Shown piece after piece: positions 13,012-24,419 of a stretch of 64,000 bases of DNA. This DNA is from Felis catus. Its lineage: Eukaryota. Within the stretch, counting starts at the first letter, position 1; the number at the start of each line of letters is the position of its first letter. The notes beneath the pieces are model-generated. The model saw only the letters and a list, made by a program, of their open reading frames with translations, was not told where the DNA came from and did not search any database. The stretch covers positions 176,144,001 through 176,208,000 of the forward strand of contig NC_058368.1 in assembly GCF_018350175.1 (NCBI RefSeq). Reading direction: 5' to 3'. Made by a program: the position numbers and the translations under genes.

Positions 13012-13495
13012 ACAAATGGATAAAGAAGATGTGGTTTATATATACAATGGAATACTACCTGGCAATGAGAAATAATGAAATCTGGCCATTTGCAGCAACG
13101 TGGATGGAACTGGACGGTATTATGCTAAGTGAAATAAGTCAGTCAGAGAAAGATACCATATGTTTTCACTCATATGTGTATCTTGAGAAACTTAACAGAA
13201 GACCATGGGGGAGGGGAATGGGGGAAAAAAAAGTTACAGGGAGGGAGGGAGGCAAACCATAAGAGACCCTTGTATACTGAGAACAAACTGAGGGTTGATG
13301 GGGGTTGGGGGAGAGGGGAAAGTGGGTGATGGGCATTGAGGAGGGCACTTGTTGGGATGAGCACTGGGTGTTGTGTGGGAACCAATTTGACAATAAATTA
13401 TATTTTTTAAAAAATTTAAAAATAATAAAAATAATTAAAAGCTAATAAAACCCTGATATTGCACGAGTAAAAGATAAAAAATAAAAATAAATAAG
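13012..13495 (+). mobile_element. 5'-truncated carnivore/felid L1 with double A-tail
   Basis: ORF2 C-terminus (MWFIYTMEYY...WMELDGIMLSEISQ) and G-rich 3' UTR. TSD AAAGCAAGGTG at 13001-13011 and 13496-13506. Confidence 0.93.
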
Positions 13496-14336
13496 AAAGC
13501 AAGGTGCAGACCAGTGAGTCTAAAATCTGCCACTTATGTAAAGGGGGCAAAAAGAAAAAAAAAGAGTCTCATGTATTTGCTTGTTTATGCATCAGGTATC
13601 TGTGCAAGGATGCAGTTCGTCACCAGATACCCTTTTGGGCTTTGTAAAAGTTTTCTAAACATTTAAAAAATGATTCGATATAACATTCAGACAGAATGAG
13701 GCATAAAACACATATGTGCAATTTTACTTATTGTAGTAAAGCAATACCCATGTAACTGCCACCCAAGTCGAGAAATATAATGTAGTTGGGAAAATCTACA
13801 ATTAATCAAAACCTCCACCCTCCTTCTGGAGCTTAACACACTTCAGCTCCATTTCACCGCTCCTCATGTATAAGTTACTATTATCTGGTATTAGGGTTCT
13901 AGCCCCTCCTTTTTCTTAACCCACGTCTTACATTCAATGTCTGCTTATACTTGCCCACGTATTTACATCTTTCTTTGCTTTTTCGCTTGTCTTCTGTCTC
14001 AAACCCCATATGAGCTTATTGTAATTTTTAAATGAATTAACACGTATTTTTAAGAATGATCACTCTTAATTTCTAATATGATAAACATCAATAAATACAA
14101 CCAACAAACTAAAGCTCTTTGGGGTCCTCAATAATTTTTAAGAAGTGTAAAGTGTTCCTGGGAACAAAATGTTTGAGAATTTTGGATTCTAGTGGATTTT
14201 TGCTTTTTAACAAATCACTCCTTGATTTTCTCTCTGTGTGTGAGGAACTGGGTTCCCCCTGCCAGGTCTGTATCTTCCTGTTGCCTTGGGTATAAATGGA
14301 ACAGCACTTTCCTCAGCTTTCAGAAAGCTAGCAACA

Positions 14337-14422
14337 CTTTTTCTTTTCTTTTCTTTTCTTTTCTTTTCCTTTTCCTTTTCCTTTTCCTTTCTTTCTTTCT
14401 TTTTTTTTCTTTTTCTTTTTTG
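14337..14422. repeat. Polypyrimidine (TTTTC/TTTTCC)n low-complexity tract
   Basis: Direct reading. Confidence 0.9.
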
Positions 14423-14565
14423 ATTGCTGTGCAACCATCACTATTATTAGACTGAGATCTTTAATGATGATATTTTGCCACAGTGCTTCAAGATCTTTTT
14501 TTATTCTGGCAACTGCTACATTAATACAAAACGTTTCTTGATTATGTGTTTTAGTAGGGTTTTTC

Positions 14566-15433
14566 TTTTTTTAAATATTTTTATTTATTTAAAAAAAATT
14601 TTTTAACGTTATTTCAATCCAAGCTAGTTAACATATAGTTAATAAAGTTTTCAGGAGAATTTAGCGATTCATCACTTACCTATAACACCCAGTGCTCATC
14701 CCAATTGCCCTCCTTAATGCCCATCACCCACTTAGCCTACCCCTGACCCAACACCCCACCAGCAACCCTTAGTCTGTTCTCTGTATTTAAGAGTTTCTTG
14801 TGGTTTGCCTCCCTCTCTTTTGATCGTATTTTTTCTTCCCTTCCCCTATGTCCATCTGTTTTGTTTCTTAAATTCCACATATGTGTGAAATCATGATATT
14901 TGTCTTTCTCTGACTGATTAATCTCGTTTAGCATAATACACTCTAGTTCCATCCACATTGTTGCAAATGGAAACATTTCATTCTTTTTGATTGCCAAGTA
15001 CTTTTCCATTGTATATATGTACCACATCTTCTTTTTTTTTTAATTTTTTAAATGTTTATTTACCTTTGAGAGACAGAGAGAGAGAGACAGAGTACAAGTG
15101 GGGGAGAGGTAAAGAGACAGAGAGGGACACAGAATCCGAAGCAGGCTGCAGGCTCCGAGCTGTCAGCACAGAGCCCGATGCAGGGCTCGAACTCACGAAC
15201 TGTGAGATCATGACCTGAACCGAATTCAGATGCTTAACCGACTGAGCCACCCGGGCGCCTCTACCACATCTTCTTTATCATTTTGTCAGTCGATAGACAT
15301 TTGGGCTCTTTCCATAATTTGGCTATTGGCGATAGCACCGCTATAAACATTGGGGTGCGTGTGCCCCTTCGAATCAGCATTTTTGTATCCTTTGGATAAA
15401 TACCTAGCGGTGTAATTTCTGGGTTGTAGGGAA
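14566..15433 (-). mobile_element. 5'-truncated carnivore L1 containing a nested CanSINE
   Basis: ORF2 C-terminus on the minus strand (MWYIYTMEKYLAIKKNE...). TSD TAGGGTTTTTC at 14555-14565 and 15434-15444. Confidence 0.92.
15035..15261 (-). mobile_element. CanSINE inserted in L1
   Basis: TSD TACCACATCTTCTTT at 15020-15034 and 15262-15276. Confidence 0.95.
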
Positions 15434-15589
15434 TAGGGTTTTTCAAGTTACAACTATAGAAGGCGTATGTTTCACAATGACAGCCGCATTTTGAGGGTTT
15501 TAAATTTCTGTAGTATCTTTTACCTTTTACCTGCAGTTACAAGAAATGAAATGGTATTGGCTTAAGGTTCTGTGGTAGCACATGGTAGG

Positions 15590-16030
15590 AGCCGATTCTG
15601 GCTAAACAAGCCCAAAAGAGGCCTTCACTGAACAGTTCTTAGAGCAGCTCATCAAATCCAAGAAGGGGGACCCAAACAACGAGGTCCAGAAGGTGTAGAA
15701 CCAGTGCATCCTGAAGGCCCATCTGGAGGAGGAGTTCACAGCACAGCCCTCTTTAGAGGGTGCTGTTAAAAAGCCACCAAGCCCCAATGGCTGCAGCCTG
15801 TGAAGCTCCATCCGTGGTCAGGTACTGAGGAGAGCAGCTGGAGGCTTTCTATCCCTGGAGCCATCAACTGGGCCAGAGGGAACTCAGGGCCTGCCCTGGG
15901 CACTGCAACTGTTCCCAGAGAAGGGGGCATCATGAGCCAGTTGGCCTTGTCAACCAGCACCTACCACTAAGTGGAGCATGGAATCCTCAGGTGGGCGCTG
16001 GGGTGGCCAAGGAAAAGCTGGGAGGGACAT
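15590..16030 (+). pseudogene. Probable decayed coding fragment (retrocopy) of an unidentified gene
   Basis: Frame 15618-15803 reads EAFTEQFLEQLIKSKKGDPNNEVQKV*NQCILKAHLEEEF...; 34 of the first 40 codons end in G/C amid AT-rich flanks. In-frame TAG at 15696. Confidence 0.45.
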
Positions 16031-16044
16031 CACTCTTTCTGCAA

Positions 16045-16900
16045 ATAGGAAAGTGCTAAACTCCAGAACACTGACAACACCAAATGCTGGTGAGGATGTG
16101 AAGCAACAGGAACTCTCATTTATTGCTGGTGGGAATGCACAATGGTCCAGCCGCTTGGGAGCAGTGTGGCAGTGTCTTAAAAAACGAAGCATACTCATGA
16201 TACCAGCAATCGTGCCCTTGGTATTTACCCAAAGAAGTGGAAAATTTATGTCCACATAAAAACCTGCACACAGGTATTTATAGCAACTTTATTCCTAATT
16301 GCCAAAACCTGGAAGGAACCAAGATGTCCTTCAATGTGTGAATGGATAAATAAACTATAAACTGTGGTGCATCCAGACAATGGGATGTTATTCATTCCTA
16401 AAAAGAAATAAACTATCGAGCCACAAAAAGACACGGAAGGACCTTGGATGCATATAACTAAGGGAAAGAAGCCAATCAGAAAAGGCTAAACACTACATGA
16501 TTCCAACTCTATGACCTTCTGGAAAAGGCAAAACCATGGAGACAGTAAAAAGATCAGGGGTTGGGGGAGGAGGGGCGATTAGGAGGAGCCCAAGGGATTT
16601 TTAGGGCAGTGACACTATTCCGTATGATGCTGACACATGTCATCGTACAGTTGTCCAGACCCATAGAATGTACCACACAAAGAATGAACCCTAGAGTAGA
16701 CTATGGACTTGGGTGATAATGATGTGTCAGTGTCAGCTCATCAGCCGTAACGAGTGTTCCACGCTGCTGTGGTATCTTGATAGTGGGAGAGGCTCCACAT
16801 GTGTGTAGGGACAGGGGATATTTGGGAACTCTCTGTACCTTCTACTCAATTTTGCTGTGAACTTAAAACTGCCCTAAAACACAAAATTGTTGTTTTTAAA
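16045..16900 (+). mobile_element. L1MC-like 3' fragment
   Basis: ACTGACAACACCAAATGCTGGTGAGGATGTG ... CCCATAGAATGTAC ... CTATGGACTTGGGTGATAATGATGTGTCAGTG ... CAATTTTGCTGTGAAC. Confidence 0.85.
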
Positions 16901-17054
16901 AAGTATTCCTTACTATAAAATTAACACACTTCATTGCAGCAAATTTAGAAAATGCAGAGGTAAAATTCACCCATGATGCCACTCAGAGAGAACCAGGCAA
17001 CATCATCTTTCCCTTTCAATGATTTGTCATTTCTTAACTTTTCTTTTGTTAAGG

Positions 17055-17056
<2 letters not shown>

Positions 17057-17105
<49 letters not shown>
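17057..17105. repeat. (CA)n microsatellite
   Basis: Perfect run of ~24 units. Confidence 0.95.
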
Positions 17106-17108
<3 letters not shown>

Positions 17109-17139
17109 ATGTCCCTTCACCTAACAGTACGTCACGAAT

Positions 17140-17370
17140 GTTTTTGAGAGTCTGGCTCCAGCATTCCTGATTTAAAATCCCAGTTCTGCCACTTACAGCT
17201 GTATCATCTTGGGCAGCTTTCTTAGCCTCTCTGTGCCTTATTTTCCTGAAGAGGACAATGGGGGTAATAATAGCACCTACGTCTTCAGCTGCAGGGAGGA
17301 TCAAATTGGTTGTTTATATACATAAAGCACCCAGAACAGTGCCTGGCACATAGTAAGTGCCTATATTGTG
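17140..17370 (+). mobile_element. MIR
   Basis: AAATCCCAGTTCTGCCACTTAC...CTTGGGCAG...CTCTCTGTGCCT...ACAGTGCCTGGCACATAGTAAGTGC. Confidence 0.8.
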
Positions 17371-17417
17371 TCCTCTACTTAACAGTCAATATTCTTGCAT
17401 AACAAGACACCACTTTT

Positions 17418-17631
17418 TTTTAAATTTTTTTTTAACATTTATTTATTTTTGAGACAGAGAGAGACAGAGCATGAACAGGGGAGGGGCAGAGAGAGAGGGA
17501 GACACAGAATCGGAAGCAGGCTCCAGGCTCTGAGCCATCAGCCCAGAGCCCGACTCGGGGCTCGAACTCACCGCGAGATCGTGACAGGAGCTGAAGTCGG
17601 ACGCTTAACCGACTGAGCCACCCAGGCGCCC
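17418..17631 (-). mobile_element. Young felid-type CanSINE
   Basis: CTCTGAGCCATCAGCCCAGAGCCC variant. TSD CAAGACACCACTTTT at 17403 and 17632. Confidence 0.95.
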
Positions 17632-18337
17632 CAAGACACCACTTTTATTAGCTGCAGCAAACAATTCTGTTGCTCAGATATGGCATAATTTAACTAGCCT
17701 CCTCTAACTCCAAATATTCGGGGCCCTTGTGTTTCTCTCATAACCAACACTGCGATGAACATCTTTACGGATACACTGAAGTAGAACCTCTAGACACTGT
17801 TTTAAAACTCGAGCCTGCCTGACGCCAAGTTGCCCTGGAGAACGTGGCACCAGCTAAAGGTGTTACTGAATGTGAATACGGTTTCATCTTTGCCCACCTG
17901 ACAAGCAGCAAATGGCATTTCAGTGTTTTCCACTCCTCCTTCCAGCAGATAGAGGCATCCCCTGACCTGATCCTGGGGAGCGCCTTCCCGCGGCTCCAGG
18001 AGAGCTGGTCAGAGCCTAACCCAACCCCGCCCTGGATCCAAACCTGAGCCCTACCATCCTCGGACCCACTGGCATGCTTTAGCCACAATTTCTGTTTTTA
18101 TTACCCCACCTTCTGTTTTGATAACTACCATGATCCACATCACACATTCTGCCTCAGTTATTTCCTCTCTGCTCCCCGGGGGGCTGCCTTGCCTGAACTC
18201 GGTGCCTGTGGTCCCCGCATGCTGGACGGGAGCCCTCTCCTAATTCATTCCACCCGTGCTGGGTCCACACCAGGTGATGGGTTGGGGGGCTCTCTGCCTC
18301 TTCACAAGCTCCCTCGAGGCATCTATTGTTTCCTTTT

Positions 18338-18550
18338 TTTTTTTTTTTAACGTTTATTTATTTTTGAGACAGAGAGAGACAGAGCATGAACGGGGGAGGA
18401 GCAGAGACAGAGGGAGACACAGAATCGGAAACAGGCTCCAGGCTCTGAGCCATCAGCCCAGAGCCCGACGCGGGGCTCGAACTCACGGACGGTGAGATCA
18501 TGACCTGAGCCGAAGTCGGACGCTTAACCGACTGAGCCACCCAGGTGCCC
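18338..18550 (-). mobile_element. Young felid-type CanSINE
   Basis: TSD CTATTGTTTCCTTTT at 18323 and 18551. Confidence 0.95.
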
Positions 18551-18579
18551 CTATTGTTTCCTTTTCATTAAAATTTTTT

Positions 18580-19192
18580 TTTCTTGGTGCAATTGTGAAT
18601 GGGATCAGTTTCTTTGTCTTTCTGTTGCTTCATTATTAGTATATAAGAATGCAACTGATTTCTGTACATTAATTTTGTATCCTGTGACTTTGCTGAATTC
18701 ATGTATCAGTTCTAGCAGACTTTTGGTGGAGTCTATCGGGTTTTCCATGTATAGTATCATGTCATCTGCAAAAAGTGAAAGCTTGACTTCATCTTTGCCA
18801 ATTTTGATGCCTTTGGTTTCCTTTTGTTGTCTGATTGCTGATGCTAGAACTTCCAACACCATGTTAAACAACAGCAGTGAGAGTGGACATCCCTGTCGTG
18901 TTCCTGATCTCAGGGGGAAAGCTCTCATTTTTCCTCATTGAGGATGACATTAGCTGTGGGCTTTTCATAAATGACTTTTGTGATGTTTAAGTATGTTCCT
19001 TCTATCCCGACTTTCTCAAGGGTTTTTATTAAGAAATAATGCTGAATTTTGTCAAATGCTTTTTCTGCATCGATTTACAGGATCATATGGTTCTTTTCTT
19101 TTCTTTTATTAATGTGATGTATCACATTGATTGATTTGCGAATGTTGAACCAGCCCTGCAGCCCAGGAATGAATCCCACTCGATCATGGTGA
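18580..19192 (-). mobile_element. L1 ORF2 reverse-transcriptase segment (inverted 5' part of the adjacent L1)
   Basis: Minus strand encodes [26 protein letters not shown]...DAEKAFDKI...GTRQGCPLS...LFADDMILY. Confidence 0.93.
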
Positions 19193-20752
19193 AAATTGCA
19201 CCTGCATTCTTCTCGAAGCTAGAACAAGCAATCCTAAAATTTGTATGGAACCACAAAAGACCCCAAATAGCCAAAGTAATATTGAAGAAGACCAAAGCAG
19301 GAGGCATCACAATCCCAGACTTTAGCCTCTATTACAAAGCTATAATCATCGACACAGCATGGTACTGGCACAAAAACAGACACATAGACCAATGGAAGAG
19401 AATAGAGACTCCAGAATTGCATGCACAAAAGTATGGCCAACTAATCTTTGACAAAGCAGGAAAGAATATACAATGGAAAAGAGACAGTCTCTTTAACAAA
19501 TAGTGCTAGGAGAACTGGACAGCAACATGCAGAAGAATTAAACTAGACCACTTTCTTACACCATTCACAAAAATAAACTCCAAATGGATAAAGGACCTGA
19601 ATGTGAGACAGGAAACCATCAAAACCCTAGAGAAGAAAGCAGGAAAAAACCTCTCTGCCCTCAGCCGCAGCAATTTCTTACTTGACACATCTCCAAAGGC
19701 AAGGGAATTAAAAGCAAAGATGAACTATTGGGACCTCATGAAGATAAAAAGCTTCTGCACTGCAAAGGAAACAATCAACAAAACTAAAAGGCAACTGACG
19801 GAATGGGAAAAGTATTTGCAAATGACATATCAGACAAAGGGTTAGTATCCAAAATCTACAAAGACCTCACCAAACTCTACACCCAAAAAACAAATAATCC
19901 AGTGAAGAAATGCGCAGAAAACATGAATAGACACTTCTCTAAAGAAGACATCCAGATGGCCAACAGGCACGTGAAAAGATGCTCAACGTCGCTCCTCATC
20001 AGGGAAATACAAATCAAAACCACACTGAGATACCACCTCATGCCAGAGTGGCTAAAATGAACAAACCAGGAGATTATACATGCTAGAGAGGATGTGGAGA
20101 AAGGGGAAACCTCTTGCACTGTTGGTGGGAATGCAAACTGGTGCAGCTGCTCTGGAAAACAGTGTGGAGTTTTTAATTTTTAAAAAATTAAAAATAGATC
20201 TATTCTATGACCCAGCAATAGCACTGCTAGGAATTTACCCAAGGGATACAGGAGTGCTGATGCATAGGGGCACTTGTACCCCAATGTTTACAGCAGCACT
20301 TTCAACAATAGCCAGATTATGGAAAGAGCCTAAGTATCCATCAACTGATGAATGGATAAAGAAGATGTGGTTTATATACACAATGGAATACTATGTGGCA
20401 ATGAGAAAGAATGAAATATGGCCTTTTGGAGCAACGTGGATGGAACTGGAGAGTGTTATGCTAAGTGAAATAAGTCATACAGAGAAAGACAGATACCATG
20501 TGTTTTCACTCTTATGTGGATCCTGAGAAACTTAACAGAAGACCATGGGGGAGGGTAAAGGGGAAAAAAAAGTTAGAGAGGGAGAGAGCCAAGCCATAAG
20601 AGACTCTTAAAAACTGAGAATAAACTGAGGGTTGATGGGGGCTGGGAGGGAAGGGGAGGGTGGGTGACAGGCATTGAGGAGGGCACCTGTTGGGATGAGC
20701 ACTGGGTGTTGTATGGAAACCATTTGACAATAAATTTCATATTAAAAAAAAA
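19193..20752 (+). mobile_element. Carnivore/felid L1 ORF2 3' part and 3' UTR (disrupted)
   Basis: [20 protein letters not shown]...GGITIPDF...WMELESVMLSEIS, with stops and frameshifts, then a G-rich UTR, AATAAA and an A tail. Confidence 0.95.
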
Positions 20753-20848
20753 TTTTTTAAGTAATCTCAATACCCAATGTGGGGCTTGAACTCAAGACTC
20801 CAAGATCAAGAGTCACATGCTCTTCTGACTGAGCCAGCCAGGTGCACC
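20753..20848 (-). mobile_element. Short CanSINE
   Basis: TTTTTAAGTAATCTC...GGGGCTTGAACTCA...CTGACTGAGCCAGCCAGGTGCACC. Confidence 0.8.
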
Positions 20849-20869
20849 ATGTTTTTGTTTGTTTGTTTG

Positions 20870-21455
20870 TTTGTTTGTTTAATTGTGGTAAACTATACAT
20901 AATAAAATTTTACCATTTTAACCATTTTTAAGTGTACAACTCAATGGCACTAAGCACACCTACAATGTCATAAAACAATGCATTTTTAGAACTTTTCATC
21001 ATCAGAAACAGGAACTCTGAACCCACTGAGTAATCACTCCCCACTCATACTTACCCCAGCCCCTGGTCGTTTCTATTCTACATTCTGTCTCTATGAATTT
21101 GCCTCCTCTACATACCTTAAATAAGTGGAAACATATGGTATTTGTCTTTTTGTGGCTGGTTTATTTCACTTCGCATAAGGTTTGCCAGGTTCATCCATGT
21201 TGTAACTTGTTTCAGAATTTCATTCCTTTCTATGATTGAATAGGATCCCACTGCATGGATACGCGACATTTTGTTTACTCACTCGTGTGTGGATGGCCGC
21301 TTGGGTTGATTCCACTCTTTGACTATTGTGAATAATATAGCCATGAACAGGAGTATACAGCTACCTGTTGGAGCCCCTGCTTTCAATTCCTTTGGGTCTA
21401 TACCTAGGAGTGGAATTGTTGGATCATATGGTGATTCTATATTTAACTCTTTGAG
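20870..21455 (-). mobile_element. L1MB-like 3' fragment
   Basis: AATTGTGGTAAA...ACCATTTTTAAGTGTACA...TATACCTAGGAGTGGAATTG. Confidence 0.85.
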
Positions 21456-21649
21456 GATGTCATCACCATTTTACAGATAAGAAAACAAAGTCTCAGAAAG
21501 GTGGGAAGGCTGGCTCTACTCTGGAGTATGTGTAACCCAGGCCTGTCTCACTCTGAAACCCATGCTGTGTCCAACACTCTGTTGCCTCAGAGGTGAGATG
21601 TGGACAGATCTGGGGGCAGACATCAGAAGACCCAGCTGGGGGGCCCTCT

Positions 21650-22180
21650 AAACTATATCTCACATCTGTTCACTGTTTCCATTTCCATTTCCACGGCCCT
21701 GGGCCAAGCAACTACCTGGTCCCACTGGGATTCTAGCCACAGGCTCCATTATCCCTGCTCCCCTCTGCCTGCCTCTAGCCAACGGAATCCTGCAAAGACA
21801 CAAATCAGATGGAATCACATCACTCCCCTATTTAAAGGTATTCAATGACTTCTCTTTAAATTTAGGGCAGAATTCTTGGGCCTGCTGCTCCAGCCCCTAT
21901 CTGTTTCTCCTGTTTTCCCTAGCCCATCCCCTTCTTGCATGAGGTATACCAATCTGCAGTCTGTCTCCTGAACCAGAGAAACCCCTTCCTGCCTCAGGAC
22001 CCTTGCCATGCTATTCTCTCTGCCATCAGCACCTCCCACATACCATTGTCTGACTGGCCCCTTCTCAACCTTCTGGTCTCCTGTTTAAGGATTAAGACTC
22101 CTCAGAGAGGCTTCTCTGGCCACCACATCCAGAAGAGTCCCTCCCCACCCTTCCAACTTCTTTTTCATATCTCCTATTTT
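21650..22180 (+). mobile_element. L2 fragment
   Basis: AAATCAGAT...ATCACATCACTCC...TTCAATGACTTC...TTCCTGCCTCAGGACC. Confidence 0.6.
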
Positions 22181-22909
22181 GACAGTCCATGATTCCAGAA
22201 GAGCCCCTTCTCAGCCAAGAATGGGCATGTGTCCTTCAAGTCCAGCTCATGCAAAACAGGGGCCTAAACCTGCACAAAGTCACCTGGGCCACCAGCCACC
22301 ATGGAGGAGGGCAGCTCCTGCCTCAATCTGGCTCGGATTCCGTGCCCCTCCCTGCCCCCTCCAAGCCAATTGGTTGTCTCAGAGGAGGAGGTTTCTGAAG
22401 TCCATTCTGACCTGGTCTCACCCCGTTTATACTCTTCAGGGCTCCTGTTGCCCTCAAGGACAATCAGGCACGTGAAGCTGCCAGGGCTTGCCTCTCTCCT
22501 TTCCCAGCCTCAGCCTGCGTCCTCTCACCCAGGCCCTAGACACGGCAACTTCAGAGGGTCTGCAATGTGCAAGTCCTTATACTGAGGCACAGGGAAGCAG
22601 ACGTATCATTAAGGACCTGACCAGCCTAACACAAGTGTCCTACCTGCCTAGACCCATCCCCTGGTCCCCAACAAGGCCACCGGTAATCCTGCTAGTATCT
22701 TTGTGGGTTGCCTGACCAGCATTCTGATGAGATGGTGCAAATAAAATGCAAATCAAGAGCAAAATGAAAAGATAACTCTTGCAAAAGATGCAGGAGGTCA
22801 TGAAGCTGAGGACCTTGGCATCAGAGAACCTCATGGACACCAGCTCAGTCCTGGACAATTGGGGGCTGGGAGGGAAGGAGAGCAAACAACTATCAACAAA
22901 GAGAGACAG

Positions 22910-23140
22910 GAGGCGCCTGGGTGGCTCCGTTGGTTAAGCCTCTGACTTTAGCTCAGGTCATGATCTCACGGTTCATGAGTTCGAGCCCCGTGTCGGGCTT
23001 TGTGCTGACAGCTCAGAGCCTGGAGCCTGCTTTGGATTCTGTCTCCCTCTCTGTCTGCCCCTCCCCTGCTCACACTCTGTCTGTCTCTCTTTCTGAAAAA
23101 TAAACATTAAAAAAAATTTTTTTTAATTAAAAAAAAAAAC
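22910..23140 (+). mobile_element. CanSINE
   Basis: Typical head, body and tail. Confidence 0.92.
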
Positions 23141-23362
23141 ACAAAGACAGGAAAATGCTGAGAGGGTCAGCTCCAAATGGGAGCAATTCAACACACCAGA
23201 AGGCAAAGACAGGCACTGGGGAAACCCGCCCAAGTTGTGGCCCGTGCTCTGAAGTCAAATGCAAAGTGAAGGATGTGGCGAACTTGGCCAGAATAAGTCC
23301 ATCTTTCCCCAAATCAACATCTGATTCCATTTGGGTTTGCTGTAAGAATTAAAACAACTGTA

Positions 23363-23569
23363 GGGGCGCCTGGGTGGCTCAGTCGGTTAAGCGTCCGACT
23401 TCAGCTCAGGTCACGATCTCACAGTCCGTGAGTTCGAGCCCCGCGTCGGGCTCTGGGCTGATGGCTCAGAGCCTGGAGCCTGCTTCCGATTCTGTGTCTC
23501 CCTCTCTCTCTGCCCCTCCCCCACTCATGCTCTGTCTCTGTCTCAAAAATAAATAAACATTAAAAAAAA
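23363..23569 (+). mobile_element. Young felid-type CanSINE
   Basis: 18-bp TSD AAGAATTAAAACAACTGT at 23344-23361 and 23570-23587. Confidence 0.95.
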
Positions 23570-24166
23570 AAGAATTAAAACAACTGTCAATATAACAACT
23601 TTTGTTGACTATTAGATGAATTTATTTTCCTCATGTTTCATTTCTTCAAGACAAAGTCCCAAACTAATCTTTTTTTTTTTTTCTTTCAGAATTTGTTTTC
23701 AGTTTGGACTCCATTTATGTTAAATAGCCCTTTTTCTAGCATGAATTTTCCTTCAAGAATGATCACCCCACCCCAACCCACCCCCTGTTCTCACGGTATG
23801 GAAAACAGTACTTTCTCTTATATACACTTCCACTCTTATGTTTGAAGTTCCTCCTTCCTACCTGGTAAACTCCCACTCATCCATCAAGGTCCCTGTCATG
23901 TGGCCCACCCTTTCTGAGAAGCATTCCCTACTGTTACACAGATTTTGTAACGTGGTGGCTACTGTTGGAAATCTGATGCATCTCTATGCTCACAGTGCTT
24001 AATATAGAACACACTTCTTAGTAGGTGCTCACATATGAGGAAGGAAGGAAGGAAGGAAGGACACCTGCAGACTCATAATCTCCTGCATTTGTTTTCTGTA
24101 ACAGAGCATTTATTCATCTTGTTGCAATTCTGTCTTGCTGCTAAATCACGGGCCCTCTAGGGAAAA

Positions 24167-24242
24167 GAGGTTCACCCTGTACAGAGCCTTCATCCCTGAA
24201 AGCGGAGGTTCACCCTGTACAGAGCCTTCATCCCTGAAAGCG
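24167..24242. repeat. Perfect 38-bp tandem duplication
   Basis: GAGGTTCACCCTGTACAGAGCCTTCATCCCTGAAAGCG occurs twice. Confidence 0.95.
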
Positions 24243-24419
24243 TGTCATAAATGTGTACTGCCTGGATGAAAGTGGATTCATCAATTCTGACTTTCAACAT
24301 AAAGAAATCCACTCCTGCTGATGGAATAAGAAATAGGACTGTCTGCATTTTACTCATCACCTTTTCCAACTTCCCTCCTCTGCTCCTCTCTGGCACCACT
24401 GAAATTCTTCCAGTACAAA

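Noticed and set aside
18605..20526. Reverse-transcriptase ORFs as an active element or novel RT system
   Set aside because: Ordinary L1 ORF2 pieces with stops, frameshifts, 5' truncation and inversion.
24167..24242. 37-48 bp repeats (also at 46560 and 61717) as a CRISPR-like array
   Set aside because: Two copies each, no real spacers, unrelated to one another, and in a mammalian context.
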